63,188 nucleotides of DNA from a virus (taxonomy: Duplodnaviria > Caudoviricetes): the IMG/VR virus record IMGVR_UViG_3300013026_000023, positions 1 through 63,188 of that record. One strand, written 5' to 3'. Shown piece by piece: positions 27,601-36,073 of the stretch (position 1 is the first letter of the stretch; the number at the start of each line of letters is the position of its first letter). The notes below the pieces were generated by a model. That model saw nothing but the letters and a program-made list of their open reading frames with translations. It did no database searches and was not told the DNA's origin. The position numbers and the translations under genes were made by a program.

Positions 27601-29369
27601 CCTTTGTCCTTGGCCACCTCAATAACCTTGCCTGTAATGGAGGCCTGGACTGGAGTCCCCTCTGGGTAGCTGTAGTCATTACCAGCGTGTAGCCTTCCCC
27701 AGCGAGGTCCATAGGGAGAGCTGATCTTCTCGTTAACCGACTTGCCGGGAATGGCGAAGGTGACACCACCCGATTGTCCGCCCCCTCCTCCTTCTGCAGG
27801 ATTAAAGCCACCCTGGAGGGCTTTTGGAATACCCTGGAGGGGATTTAGGGCAATCTCCCTCATGGCGATACCAATTTGCGTGGCGATTTCATGTGCCCTG
27901 GTTAACCCCTGGGCGAACTTGGTTACCCAGCCGAAGATATCAGAGCTGAACTTGGCTACCTGTGCCATCCCCTTGGCCAAGTCTCCAACTATGTAGGCAG
28001 CGGTTCTAATCACCTCTGGATTTTGCTTGAGGTAGTCCAGGAACTCTCGCCCTAGCCTAGCTAGCTCTGTCAGGGCCTCGATTGCAATACCAGCAATCAC
28101 ATCAGCCAGCTCTTTCGCTAGCCCTGGGTTCTGCTCCAGATAGCTGGTAAACTCCAGAGAAACCTGATTAAGGGCACCAAAGAGCTCCTCGTTCTGCTCA
28201 ATCGATGACGCAAACTCAGAGCCAAAATTAATCGCGCCATCAATAGCTGGCTTCATCGCCGTGAAGGTGTTCTCCCAGATGCCAGTGATCTGGTCTTGCA
28301 GGTTAGAGAATTTTCCTCCCGTCTCGTTAGCCATTTTGTCGAGCAGACCGTGGTATCTCCCACCCTCAGCGGACATCGCCTGTAGGGCTGAACGAATGGC
28401 CTCAAAGCCAATCTCACCATCCTCGGTCATCTTGCGGAATTCTTCACTGGTAGCTCCCCAGCGCTTTTGCAGCTCCTCTGCGACGGGAATACCACGTCCA
28501 CTGAATTGGTTGATGTCCTCCTGGTAGGCCCTGCCTTGGACTCGCATCTTGCCGTAGATAGCAGCTAGCTCATTGAAGGGAGTGCCTGTAGCTGCAGCGG
28601 CATTACCCAACTCCTGCATGGTGGGGATAAGGTCCTTGGCTTGAACTCCCATAGCCAACAGGACTTTGCCGCCTTCTCTTACCTGTGGCAGGTTAAAGGG
28701 CGTCTTCTCAGCAAAATCGCTCATGTCCTGCAGCAGTTGCTTGGTGAGGCCAACATCCTTGGTCAAGGCCTCAACGGTTGCTCGAATCTGATCGCGCGCT
28801 GTACCAGCCTGAAACGCCTGAGTAACAATGCCACCAAGACCTGATGCAATGGTGCCAGCACCTGACTGAACTGCTTGGACAGCACCTAAGACCAAGGTTT
28901 GGCCAAATCCTTGTCCAACTCCTTGCAGGATGGACCTCTGGCCTCCAGCCGCCCTACTAAAGCTTGTACCCGCCTCTTGTCCGACTTTGGCAGCCTGAAC
29001 CTTGGTGGATTGCAACCCCTGGGCGTACCCCTTGGCAAACTGATCTCCTGCCTTTCTGCCAGCATAGCCAGTCTTCTCTAGGGCGAGTCCTAGGTCTCTA
29101 GCTCCTCTGGTGGCGCTAGCAATCCCCCTGGATAAATCCCTATCTAGGGCAACGCCAACATTCTTGCCGATTTTACTAACTCTGGTGAGTTCGGCACCTA
29201 GTTCTTTGACAGCCTGTTTTGTCCCGCTGCTAAGGGCTTCACTGAACTGCTGGCTAATCTGCTTAGCTGCATCAAGGGCATCACGCCTGAACTCTACTAG
29301 GCCACTCTTAAGCTTGCGCTTGTCAAGGCTGATACTAATTGAAATTGCAGCGATTTCAGAGGTTGCCAC
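24651..29369 (-). CDS. Tape measure protein with internal M23 peptidase and lysozyme-like domains
   Basis: Tape-measure core FAEKTPF..L.AMG...LGNAAA..GRGIP; M23 HAGND..GHL..GAHLHYE; ATALQESGLRNL..GDRDSQGLFQQRPS.GW..QRSAYPDAYAKWE; C-terminal FAKGG..PG.G..DS. Confidence 0.92.
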   Translation of the reverse strand: MATSEIAAISISISLDKRKLKSGLVEFRRDALDAAKQISQQFSEALSSGTKQAVKELGAELTRVSKIGKNVGVALDRDLSRGIASATRGARDLGLALEKTGYAGRKAGDQFAKGYAQGLQSTKVQAAKVGQEAGTSFSRAAGGQRSILQGVGQGFGQTLVLGAVQAVQSGAGTIASGLGGIVTQAFQAGTARDQIRATVEALTKDVGLTKQLLQDMSDFAEKTPFNLPQVREGGKVLLAMGVQAKDLIPTMQELGNAAAATGTPFNELAAIYGKMRVQGRAYQEDINQFSGRGIPVAEELQKRWGATSEEFRKMTEDGEIGFEAIRSALQAMSAEGGRYHGLLDKMANETGGKFSNLQDQITGIWENTFTAMKPAIDGAINFGSEFASSIEQNEELFGALNQVSLEFTSYLEQNPGLAKELADVIAGIAIEALTELARLGREFLDYLKQNPEVIRTAAYIVGDLAKGMAQVAKFSSDIFGWVTKFAQGLTRAHEIATQIGIAMREIALNPLQGIPKALQGGFNPAEGGGGGQSGGVTFAIPGKSVNEKISSPYGPRWGRLHAGNDYSYPEGTPVQASITGKVIEVAKDKGEYFLGIEGVVDGKKVKIRLGHLDSINVGKGQQVLTGQRVGTVGGDRMPGGGKGSWGSTGAHLHYETYINGKSMDPRKFHSIMGGAQGMKGGSGAPPRATAADGGSPYTITRFPGGAKGGGGGFNAAQLGHAKTIAQVGRGMGMSDRDIKIAFATALQESGLRNLAHGDRDSQGLFQQRPSMGWKNVTDPKTAAESFFRELAKVKNRGSLSVAQAAQKVQRSAYPDAYAKWEDEASTILSQIGGGGGAAAGGGGDSALDTQMRAKLAKQRAASAKAAKEKAERERQRAVDEARRLHDAALRQSRKNQDAQIEADQKQYLATLKGNLASITDPNLKASGQINLEKKTRQFSGINERRDLNQELKDLQIAQSRKIQDKVKGGVDYAAAIKATQKLIAESRALEQQELKNIATGKAAEDAEENRALARERRVKERERAFEAEENQIKKTIAELEADPTRVSDVRRETLELQLERKRIAHESALEMDELKNTLEDLVRLRTQKIASGITGGVDYTAEINAVQAQIAAETKKAADKTSIVNTRELGVFAEENFKLAESIKETSEALRGLQEQFGNNTPEQQHQQEIRAIAESYSRYREEIDQLIEREKALQAAEGATVDNEQRMLELQLRRTQSTKDEAAAVRLLNEERARSRQTELRDLAGQVLQQRQSVNLMRIEALEATGNANDAKQAGLLRLADQTTNFLAEYARAEQDIKQQIADINSRIADSPTDNTLKDQKVLLEEMARINLDGLKVSLEGVNTQYQDLVDVNRRVSKDIRQMAGEELKGFFSSVISGAESIGDAFGNLFDNLLTRIADLGVNLLFENLFGGIMNPSGGGGGGLGGFLDIGKSLLGLVGFAKGGVIPGRGNRDSELIRAMPGEGVLTKNAMKHLGTGGLSLLNNLPKYAKGGMVGNNIVPLPSRVMPNAPQARSDGPAKVEVSYKATEIAGQRYLTEEQFQRLAPQLVQAGADRALGRLQNSTSARRSVGL

Positions 29370-29411
29370 GGGGAAAATCTCAAGGTGGGCAATTCTAGTC
29401 TAGCCTTGAGA

Positions 29412-30334
29412 TTAAAGCATCTTCAGAAACTCAGCGGTCCAAGGCGAAGAACCCTGCTTTCTCTGGTGATCCCCGTAGCCAGCTTTTTTGAGCAGAGATT
29501 GATAGATAGCATTCATGCTCTTCTGATCTGAGGTGCCAGCACCTAGCTGGATAGCGTCCTTGAGCTCCAGTAGGCTATCAGCTCTGAATCGCCTATAGGC
29601 TTCCACTAGCTCTATAATCTTCCAGTGGGGGAGCTTCAGCACCTCGTCTGGAGTGTAGCCGTAGGTGGCAAGGATGGGTAGGTTGTCCAGGAAGTCTCGT
29701 ATGTAGCGTTGCTTGAATTCCCCTGGACCTATCCGTTTCCCTCAGTCTCCTCCTCTGGCTCTCCCTTGCGAGCCTTTTGTAGCTCATCCTTTAGTTGCCC
29801 GAATATCTGGGTAATTAAGCTGGTTGGCAACCCTTTGAGGTGATCTGGCGGCATTTGAGCGACTGCCTCAATCCAGGCTCGAATCGCTGGTGCCATACTC
29901 TTCTCCAGTCGGTTTGAATCCACAGGTGATACCGCATTCCCAAACATTAGGTCATACCGTCCGGTGGCGGAGGCGGGGTAATTCAGCTCAACCTGGTGGG
30001 CAGAAACAAAGCGATCCACAAAGACATCTGTCGCTTCTTCATCTTCGGGGTAGAGGGCAGGGAATCCGCTAACCGAACAACCAAGGAAGTACTCAGCAAA
30101 CTTTTGGGAATCTACCGCATCGATAACTTTGGAGCCCTTCTTGGTCTTGCAGGTGATGTAAGGGTTAAAGCGATCGCTGATCTCCTGGATGTCGGCGTTC
30201 GCGTCCACAAACCGCAGGTAAAACTCCTCCGGTAATTGATTGGGGGAAAAGACGTTGAAGACATTGCCCTCAGCGTCTGTGATTGTCGTTATGGGCTCTA
30301 CTTTGCCCAGGAGTTGTTTTATTGAGATTGACAT
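29412..30334 (-). CDS. Tail assembly chaperone G (29729-30334) with -1 frameshift extension GT (to 29412)
   Basis: G GGA AAC slippery site just before the G stop; the -1 frame is open and continuous with ORF 29412..29642; located just upstream of the tape measure. Confidence 0.85.
29735..29741 (-). other. Programmed -1 frameshift slippery heptamer GGGAAAC
   Basis: X XXY YYZ heptamer in the correct phase (GAG GGA AAC GGA TAG). Confidence 0.85.
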
Positions 30335-30403
30335 GGCGCATCACAAATCTGTAATGCCATTCTCGCACAGACCTTGCAGAGAGTGAGGGGTACGCCAAAG
30401 TGC

Positions 30404-30431
30404 TTGACAAATCGCTGGCATGTATTAATAT
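30404..30431 (+). promoter_or_regulatory. Promoter of the TTGACA-N6/7-TGGCAT class
   Basis: TTGACAaatcgcTGGCATGtatTAATAT upstream of 30461. Confidence 0.65.
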
Positions 30432-30460
30432 TAATTCATTACCCCAACAGGAGTTAGACA

Positions 30461-30988
30461 ATGGATAGATTCATTTCACGCAAAGACCTCGAAATCCGGC
30501 ATTCTCAGAGCTACGCCATGCGCGGTAGATTGAAGCAATTGGGATGCGAATGGGATCCAGTTGCTCGTGCCTGGATCGCCCCCAGCCTGGAAGTGCGCGA
30601 GCTGTGCTACGAGGAGCTGGAGGCAAAAAAAGCGGAATCCGATGAGATAAGATCTCCTTATTTCGGGCCAGCTAGCTGGAGTGAGGAATTAAATCAATTT
30701 GCTGAGAAATTGATTGCGGGAGAGGATACGGCGCACGGAGCCTTGCCAGAAGAAGCAAGGCCAATCTCCCATATCCCTACCCAAGAGGAGGTCACCAAAA
30801 TTGTCGGCGAGGGGAATGTGGATCGCTACTGGCGGGAGGATTTGCCGGAAGTAGCAGCAGAAATTCTAGCCAGCGGTGAAAATAATCAAGCAGCCATCTA
30901 CGAGCGGCTACAAGAGCAGGGATGGAAATCCCGCAGTATTTCACTGCTGTTGGACGTAGTAAGCCATTTTCGCACTTACCACCCATAG
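30461..30988 (+). CDS. moron-like hypothetical protein (N-terminal K.LG..WD....W domain)
   Basis: opposite strand between major tail and chaperone genes; own promoter and CAGGAG RBS. Confidence 0.65.
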   Translation: MDRFISRKDLEIRHSQSYAMRGRLKQLGCEWDPVARAWIAPSLEVRELCYEELEAKKAESDEIRSPYFGPASWSEELNQFAEKLIAGEDTAHGALPEEARPISHIPTQEEVTKIVGEGNVDRYWREDLPEVAAEILASGENNQAAIYERLQEQGWKSRSISLLLDVVSHFRTYHP

Positions 30989-31035
30989 CAGTATGCGACG
31001 AGAAGTTAGGGCAATCGCCCTGCTGGCTAAGGTGA

Positions 31036-31587
31036 TTAAGGGCTTACAAAGCTGTCATCGCCAAATACAACGCGAATGTTATCGCGATTTGGATCAGGTA
31101 GAGACCGAAGAGTGAAGTTGATTGCCTGCTGTGTAGAGAGGCCAAAAGCTAGTTGGGTATCGCTAGGATCAACGATTGCGCCATTGAGGAAAGTGATCCA
31201 GTATTCAGCAGCGGCAATTGCATCGCCATCGTAGGGTTGGATGGTGACCTTGCGCCCCGTGATAACCTTGCCAGCACCATCGGAGATCTCAATCTTCCGC
31301 TTGGTGGAGCCAGTAGCGGGGTCGACAATGATGTTCGCTTGATAGGCTAGAGCAATGTTGGCCAAGGTGATGTCGCTGAGCGAGAGCCCCAGCATGCCTT
31401 CAATACCCGTCCTGACATACTTGTAGGGGCGGCTAGATAGCTGGGTGGTATGCTCAAAGGTATCCAGTTCCAGGGTTACTGTAGCGTCTTCTAGCTGCTG
31501 ATCACGGTCGATTGTAGTGCTTACCGTGGTGCCATCAGCGGCGTAGAACAGAATTCTTGCTGGCCCTGAACGCGTATTGCTTGCCAT
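31036..31587 (-). CDS. Major tail (tube) protein
   Basis: 183 aa, beta-rich, GPARI..; upstream of chaperone and TMP. Confidence 0.7.
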   Translation of the reverse strand: MASNTRSGPARILFYAADGTTVSTTIDRDQQLEDATVTLELDTFEHTTQLSSRPYKYVRTGIEGMLGLSLSDITLANIALAYQANIIVDPATGSTKRKIEISDGAGKVITGRKVTIQPYDGDAIAAAEYWITFLNGAIVDPSDTQLAFGLSTQQAINFTLRSLPDPNRDNIRVVFGDDSFVSP

Positions 31588-31603
31588 GCTTTAACCAAAA
31601 GCT

Positions 31604-31649
31604 AAACCCTCTTCTCAAGTCTAGGTTGGGCGCATTGAGAAGAGGGTTT
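31604..31649 (-). terminator. Hairpin/terminator between the early operon and the major tail gene
   Basis: AAACCCTCT...AGAGGGTTT inverted repeat. Confidence 0.45.
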
Positions 31650-31668
31650 GAGTTGCTGGATTGGCAAG

Positions 31669-32106
31669 CTAAGCCGAGACAGAGACAGGCTGCTTCTGTT
31701 TGGTTGGCGCAGGAGCAGGCTGACTGTTGACTCGCAGGAGTTCTTCCAGCCACTCGATGACATCATCGGGATTATTGCACGAGTACAGTGGGCTAGAGAC
31801 TGGAACTTCGACTCCCGCTCTCCGCAGGTCTCTCAAAGCCGCTGGGCGCTGAGCTCTGAGGGAATCGAGAAATACCTCCACTTGGGGTCTTAGACCCATG
31901 GCTCTTTTGATCTCTCCTGTCTTGGCCAAGTGATACGCACCTGCCAAGCATACCTCGCAGCAGCCCTCGGTTTCCATTCCCCAGATGCGCAGGTTGGGAA
32001 AAACCGGCTTACCGTTGTGGGAGACGAGCCCCAGATGGACCGCCTTAAAGGCAGTGAGGGCGTCGGCGATTAAATTAAGAGCTTCTTTCTTCGAGTGAAA
32101 AATCAT
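31669..32106 (-). CDS. hypothetical Cys-containing protein, paralogue of 37589..38044
   Basis: shared AL.AFKAVH.G.V.HNGKPV..NL..WG....C.VCLAGAYHLAKTG and C-terminal KQK.QPVSV.A. Confidence 0.7.
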   Translation of the reverse strand: MIFHSKKEALNLIADALTAFKAVHLGLVSHNGKPVFPNLRIWGMETEGCCEVCLAGAYHLAKTGEIKRAMGLRPQVEVFLDSLRAQRPAALRDLRRAGVEVPVSSPLYSCNNPDDVIEWLEELLRVNSQPAPAPTKQKQPVSVSA

Positions 32107-32294
32107 AGTCTTTCTCCTATTCCCCATTCTTTTTTGATGATGGCAGCAAACAACGCGTTCTGGACAACCAACTGCTTATTGAGCAGTATGGCAAACTCTC
32201 TAGCCTGATCAACATTCATCTGCATTACCTGATCATTGAATCGCTTGATAGCGAATTGCTGCTCCAGGCTCAGCTCAATTGGTTTGTTTTCCAT
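32103..32294 (-). CDS. nblA: Phycobilisome degradation adaptor NblA
   Basis: ELSLEQQF...F..QV.QM..DQAREF...L.KQ......F..IIK.EWG, the canonical NblA pattern. Confidence 0.92.
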   Translation of the reverse strand: MENKPIELSLEQQFAIKRFNDQVMQMNVDQAREFAILLNKQLVVQNALFAAIIKKEWGIGERL

Positions 32295-32532
32295 GGCGTT
32301 CCATAGCCTCCTTTAATTTGTCTAGGTTTGCTTGTCTGGCCTCAAAGGCGGCTAGCAACTCTTTGGCTGCCTCTCTGTGCCAGGGTTCGAGCTTTAGGGT
32401 TGGTTTTTCCTTGTCCATGTCTTTTTGTCTCCATATATCAGGCAAAAAAAACTGCGAACAGCATCGTCCCATTAGGAGGGCCAGCCTTGCAGTGGTGAGG
32501 TATTGTGATCTCTCTGTTGCGGGATGGATCAT
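32275..32532 (-). CDS. hypothetical protein
   Basis: coupled within the early operon. Confidence 0.5.
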   Translation of the reverse strand: MIHPATERSQYLTTARLALLMGRCCSQFFLPDIWRQKDMDKEKPTLKLEPWHREAAKELLAAFEARQANLDKLKEAMERHGKQTN

Positions 32533-32900
32533 ATTTGATACAGATCATCAGTTATTTGCAGATATTCGCAGACCGCCTTAATTGCTTCCGTGTGGCTGTA
32601 TACCACTTCGCATTTGTAGCCCTGCTGCCTTAATAGCCTCAGGTAGTGCACCTGATTCTCGCCCAGTCTACCCTTGCCGTATTTAAATTCAAGAAACATA
32701 CCAGGGTGGGCAGTAGTGGGTATGGCGCAGAACACATCGGGAACACCGGCTTGAACGCCTACCTCCTTGAGCCTCCTAGCCTCCGCTGGATGTCTGGAGC
32801 CACCATTGGGAGTATGCCATATCAGGTCAAATCGCTCGTCTGTGAGGGCCCTATAGCGCACCCAGTTGAAGAAGATCGCCTGCTCGGCAAATTCGCTCAA
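32529..32900 (-). CDS. VRR-NUC family nuclease
   Basis: SE..EQ, HTPNGG.R, GV.AGVPD, FLEFK...GR...NQ. Confidence 0.88.
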   Translation of the reverse strand: MSEFAEQAIFFNWVRYRALTDERFDLIWHTPNGGSRHPAEARRLKEVGVQAGVPDVFCAIPTTAHPGMFLEFKYGKGRLGENQVHYLRLLRQQGYKCEVVYSHTEAIKAVCEYLQITDDLYQI

Positions 32901-33031
32901 GGGAGGACTCGGTGGAGGACGTACAGGAGGACCGCAAGGCCTAGGACAACTGGGGAGTGCAGCACCAGAGCTTTCCTCTCATGTCTGGCGATCGCTGCAT
33001 CAATCAGAGCAACCACTTCATGTCTATCCAT
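32897..33031 (-). CDS. 44-aa small membrane protein
   Basis: Read by hand: MDRHEVVALIDAAIARHERKALVLHSPVVLGLAVLLYVLHRVLP*; coupled on both sides. Confidence 0.55.
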   Translation of the reverse strand: MDRHEVVALIDAAIARHERKALVLHSPVVLGLAVLLYVLHRVLP

Positions 33032-33237
33032 CACTCCTGAACCTCCTTGCGGCACATTTGCTTATCTTGCAGACAAGCTATGGCATCCGAGGCCCTTATG
33101 GACAGGGCGGCCACATTCTCGCCGAGTGCCCAGGTAAGGAGGCCCATGGCAATGATCGCGGCTAGGGAGAAGGATAACAGGATGCCAGCCTTGAGGAGGA
33201 AGGCAATCGTAATCAGATCAAATCGCTTCCGCTTCAT
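33031..33237 (-). CDS. small membrane protein
   Basis: ATG 33237 with GAGGAGG RBS; hydrophobic core. Confidence 0.55.
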   Translation of the reverse strand: MKRKRFDLITIAFLLKAGILLSFSLAAIIAMGLLTWALGENVAALSIRASDAIACLQDKQMCRKEVQE

Positions 33238-33548
33238 TCGTCCTCCTCTTCTGTGTGATTCACAATCAGGGTTAGGGTTACGGGTATACCCAACCACATC
33301 TTCAATCTCTCTATCCAGGTTCTGCGGCGATTTAGTTCTTCTGTTAAGCCCTGGATAATCAGCTCCTGATCTCCGAGCTTTTTGAACATCCTCTGGATCA
33401 GCACATCCTGGTTGAATAGGCAATCCACAATCTTGCGTATGCGGCGCTTAGCATCCTCCGACCCATCGGTGAGGAGTAAGATTGTCTTTTCCAGCTCTAT
33501 CTCAGCCTCTAAGCTCATTTTTGGGAGATATTCTTCCATGACTGGCAC
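33234..33548 (-). CDS. hypothetical protein with NblA-like N-terminal helical hairpin
   Basis: MSLEAEIELEK....L...SEDA...I..IV..LFNQD.LI..MFK resembles NblA spacing. Confidence 0.45.
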   Translation of the reverse strand: MPVMEEYLPKMSLEAEIELEKTILLLTDGSEDAKRRIRKIVDCLFNQDVLIQRMFKKLGDQELIIQGLTEELNRRRTWIERLKMWLGIPVTLTLIVNHTEEEDE

Positions 33549-33549
33549 C

Positions 33550-34038
33550 TCAAAAAATGGGGTAGTTCAGGGCATCAGGTTCAACTTCGCGGCAAAGCTC
33601 AACCAGGGCGGCTGCGGAGAGCGAAGCGTACAGATCAGAGAGGGGTTTATCTACATTATTGTCGATCACAAACTGTATCACCTGTCGCTCAGCCTCAGCC
33701 TTGCCGTACTGGATCGCCAGGGAACAATAAGCATACCCATAGTCGATGTAAGTCTTGCTTTGATCGGGTGAGATGTGGGCAAGAACGGGGTGGCCAAGGC
33801 CTCTCATCGCCTCTGAGGCGGCTGCTAGGTATCTGCGCTCGGTTGCATTGATACCCGGATCTGGGTCGATCATCTCCGAGGGCTTGGTCTCTGGCACTGG
33901 CTGTACTGATTGAGAGGGGAGACCTTTGTCTACTATGGGAGGGGCGACAGGGGCTCGCTTCCCCTGATTGGGGTAGGTGAGAGCCCCTAGGGCGATTAGA
34001 CCTATCAGGCTGGTTGAGATGAGTAAGGCAAGTCTCAT
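33550..34038 (-). CDS. membrane-anchored DUF732-like protein
   Basis: N-terminal TM; YL....IDYGYAYC...A...LC. Confidence 0.5.
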   Translation of the reverse strand: MRLALLISTSLIGLIALGALTYPNQGKRAPVAPPIVDKGLPSQSVQPVPETKPSEMIDPDPGINATERRYLAAASEAMRGLGHPVLAHISPDQSKTYIDYGYAYCSLAIQYGKAEAERQVIQFVIDNNVDKPLSDLYASLSAAALVELCREVEPDALNYPIF

Positions 34039-34505
34039 TAGTTCTCCTCTGGGCAGAGGTTGTGGCTAGCGGAATAGGCGCTTCTCCTGGTGGTGATCAT
34101 TCCTTCACTGGCCCTGACGATTTGCAGGGTGTCCACGTCGTTCATCAGCGCCATCGCGTAGCCCTTTTCGGCGATCTTGTTGCAGGCCTCGTAACCAATG
34201 TCCAGGAGCTCAAGGTCTGTACGCCTGCTGACATACGCCATCGCGTCGTAGTTGATGCTGGTGTATTCCTTTATCTCGGCGAGGAACTGAGCCTCGTTGG
34301 CTTCAATCTCGGGAAGGATATCTGTATATTTGGAGCTGACAGCAGTTTCAGCTTGGCTGGTCGCTAGCTCCTGACGAAATTGATCAGCCTCTTGTTGCTT
34401 TTCCTCCGGGGTTGGGGTCATCGCCCCGTGGGCGATAAGCAGGACAACAGGAACGGAAACGGCGATTGCGAAGTTCTTGATTTTGGCTTGAAGGGTGGGT
34501 TGCAT
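34038..34505 (-). CDS. membrane-anchored DUF732-like protein (paralogous C-terminus)
   Basis: N-terminal TM; FL..I...LLDIGYEAC...AS..LCPE. Confidence 0.55.
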   Translation of the reverse strand: MQPTLQAKIKNFAIAVSVPVVLLIAHGAMTPTPEEKQQEADQFRQELATSQAETAVSSKYTDILPEIEANEAQFLAEIKEYTSINYDAMAYVSRRTDLELLDIGYEACNKIAEKGYAMALMNDVDTLQIVRASEGMITTRRSAYSASHNLCPEEN

Positions 34506-34535
34506 CTGGGGTTTGTCTCCTTGGTTGGTATACCC

Positions 34536-34564
34536 AATATAGCTTTGTCTAACGCGAATGTCAA
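34536..34564 (-). promoter_or_regulatory. sigma70-type promoter TTGACA-17-TATATT
   Basis: TTGACAttcgcgttagacaaagcTATATT upstream of 34505. Confidence 0.7.
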
Positions 34565-34875
34565 TACCCCCTGAGGTGATTCATCGCTTTTTTATGCATC
34601 TGCCAAACACGCTGGCGAGAAATACCCAACCTCCTGCCAATTTCAGCAAAGGAGAGTACTTCCCTATCTGGGCCAATGCCGTAGGTGAGTTCAACAACGG
34701 CAAGATGTAGATCATTGAGTTCCATCAGGAGGGCTGGAGCGTGGGGGTAGTCCTCCCAAAAACTCTCCCTCCTGATGGCGCCTAGTTGTTCCTTCATTCT
34801 CTCTCTGCGCCGCATGGAGGAGACTTTTGCGGCTTCTCGCTTGCGCTGCTTTCTTTCTTCTGGAGTTTGGGGCAT
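34561..34875 (-). CDS. Stand-alone sigma-70 region 4-like HTH protein
   Basis: L......VVELTYGIG....SFAEIGRRLGISRQRVWQM.KKAM..LR. Confidence 0.8.
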   Translation of the reverse strand: MPQTPEERKQRKREAAKVSSMRRRERMKEQLGAIRRESFWEDYPHAPALLMELNDLHLAVVELTYGIGPDREVLSFAEIGRRLGISRQRVWQMHKKAMNHLRGY

Positions 34876-34879
34876 GATT

Positions 34880-35308
34880 CTAATCCAAGGGGTGGCGTTC
34901 GCCGGTGTACCTGACCCAAGCAGTATAGCCACCGCCACTCTTGGCTTGTTTTGCCGCGTACATTACTTGGAAAGCGACAATCTTTTCAGTATGATCGTCG
35001 GCGGCTTCGTAAGCGCGGACGGCGTTGACAATCGCGTTATCGTAATCGTCTTTGATGCCCATCTGAATGGCCTTGGCTAGAAACTTTTCGAACCCGTTGC
35101 TGGATCCATCAGTTAGCTCAGAAACAGGCAAGGCAAAACACTGGCCATGTGCATCTAATTCGCCGTCAGCGTAAACCTTGCCTTCCCCTAGTTCATAGGT
35201 AACTTGGCATTGAACTTCACGATGGTGGGCCAAGGAAGGTGCAGCAGCTAAAGTGGCAGAGGCAAGGATGGTTGCAGCAGCGATGGTTTGGATGATTCGG
35301 TTAAACAC
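34880..35308 (-). CDS. secreted hypothetical protein
   Basis: signal peptide MFNRIIQTIAAATILASATLAAAPSLA. Confidence 0.6.
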   Translation of the reverse strand: MFNRIIQTIAAATILASATLAAAPSLAHHREVQCQVTYELGEGKVYADGELDAHGQCFALPVSELTDGSSNGFEKFLAKAIQMGIKDDYDNAIVNAVRAYEAADDHTEKIVAFQVMYAAKQAKSGGGYTAWVRYTGERHPLD

Positions 35309-35323
35309 TAGTTGTCCTCTTTC

Positions 35324-36052
35324 TTAATAGTATACAGGAATGTTGGCATTGTTGGTTTCAAAGGGTGCTATCATTCGAGCCTTCTTGGTCGCTTGCAATT
35401 GGGGTGCCTTGCCGCTATAGAGTAGATTGTCGCTCGTTTTCATCCAGAAGTCGGGGTTGCCGTACTGAGTGCCTTCAATGTCCAGTCCCTCGGTTACCCA
35501 GGCGACTGTTTCCTTCCTTAGCTCGTCTAGGCTAGGGCTCCAGGTATAGCCCAGGTGCTTAGACAGGGCCCTATTAAGGCTAGCGTGGACTCGCTCATCC
35601 CCACTAATATCCGCACTGGCTGTACGCAGGCTAGCTCCACCAAAGAAGCGAAATATGGGCAGGAGTACAAAGAAGATGGAACTCTCCAAGACCGCTGCCT
35701 TGACCAAAGGGTGGTCACCGTGTTCCAGCCACTGTTGGGCGATCGCATTGCCCTCTGACTGCATCTGTGGCGTAGTAAGGCCATAGGCGGCTTTATTGAG
35801 GTTGAGCACAATGTCATGCTGCTCCTCATCCTTGGCATTGTCCAGCAGTAGGTCGATGGCTACTTGGGGTAGCTGGTTGAGCTCTCGTCTGGAGGCTTCA
35901 ATTATCCAATCTCCTACTGGAATCTCCAGGACGCTCAGGGCTAAAGACCTGCCAATCAGTTTTTCTGAACCCGGCTTAGCCTCGTCTTTGTCAGCACAGG
36001 TAGGCACCCAGGACCTTTTGAGCGATCTGAGGCCTGTTATGAATTTTTCCAT
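35324..36052 (-). CDS. nrdB: Ribonucleotide reductase small (beta) subunit, short cyanophage type
   Basis: ferritin-like ligands LEIPVGD, DEEQHD, LESSIFF, DERVH; directly downstream of the alpha subunit. Confidence 0.85.
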   Translation of the reverse strand: MEKFITGLRSLKRSWVPTCADKDEAKPGSEKLIGRSLALSVLEIPVGDWIIEASRRELNQLPQVAIDLLLDNAKDEEQHDIVLNLNKAAYGLTTPQMQSEGNAIAQQWLEHGDHPLVKAAVLESSIFFVLLPIFRFFGGASLRTASADISGDERVHASLNRALSKHLGYTWSPSLDELRKETVAWVTEGLDIEGTQYGNPDFWMKTSDNLLYSGKAPQLQATKKARMIAPFETNNANIPVYY

Positions 36053-36073
36053 GATTTTCCTCTTGTTGTTTTG

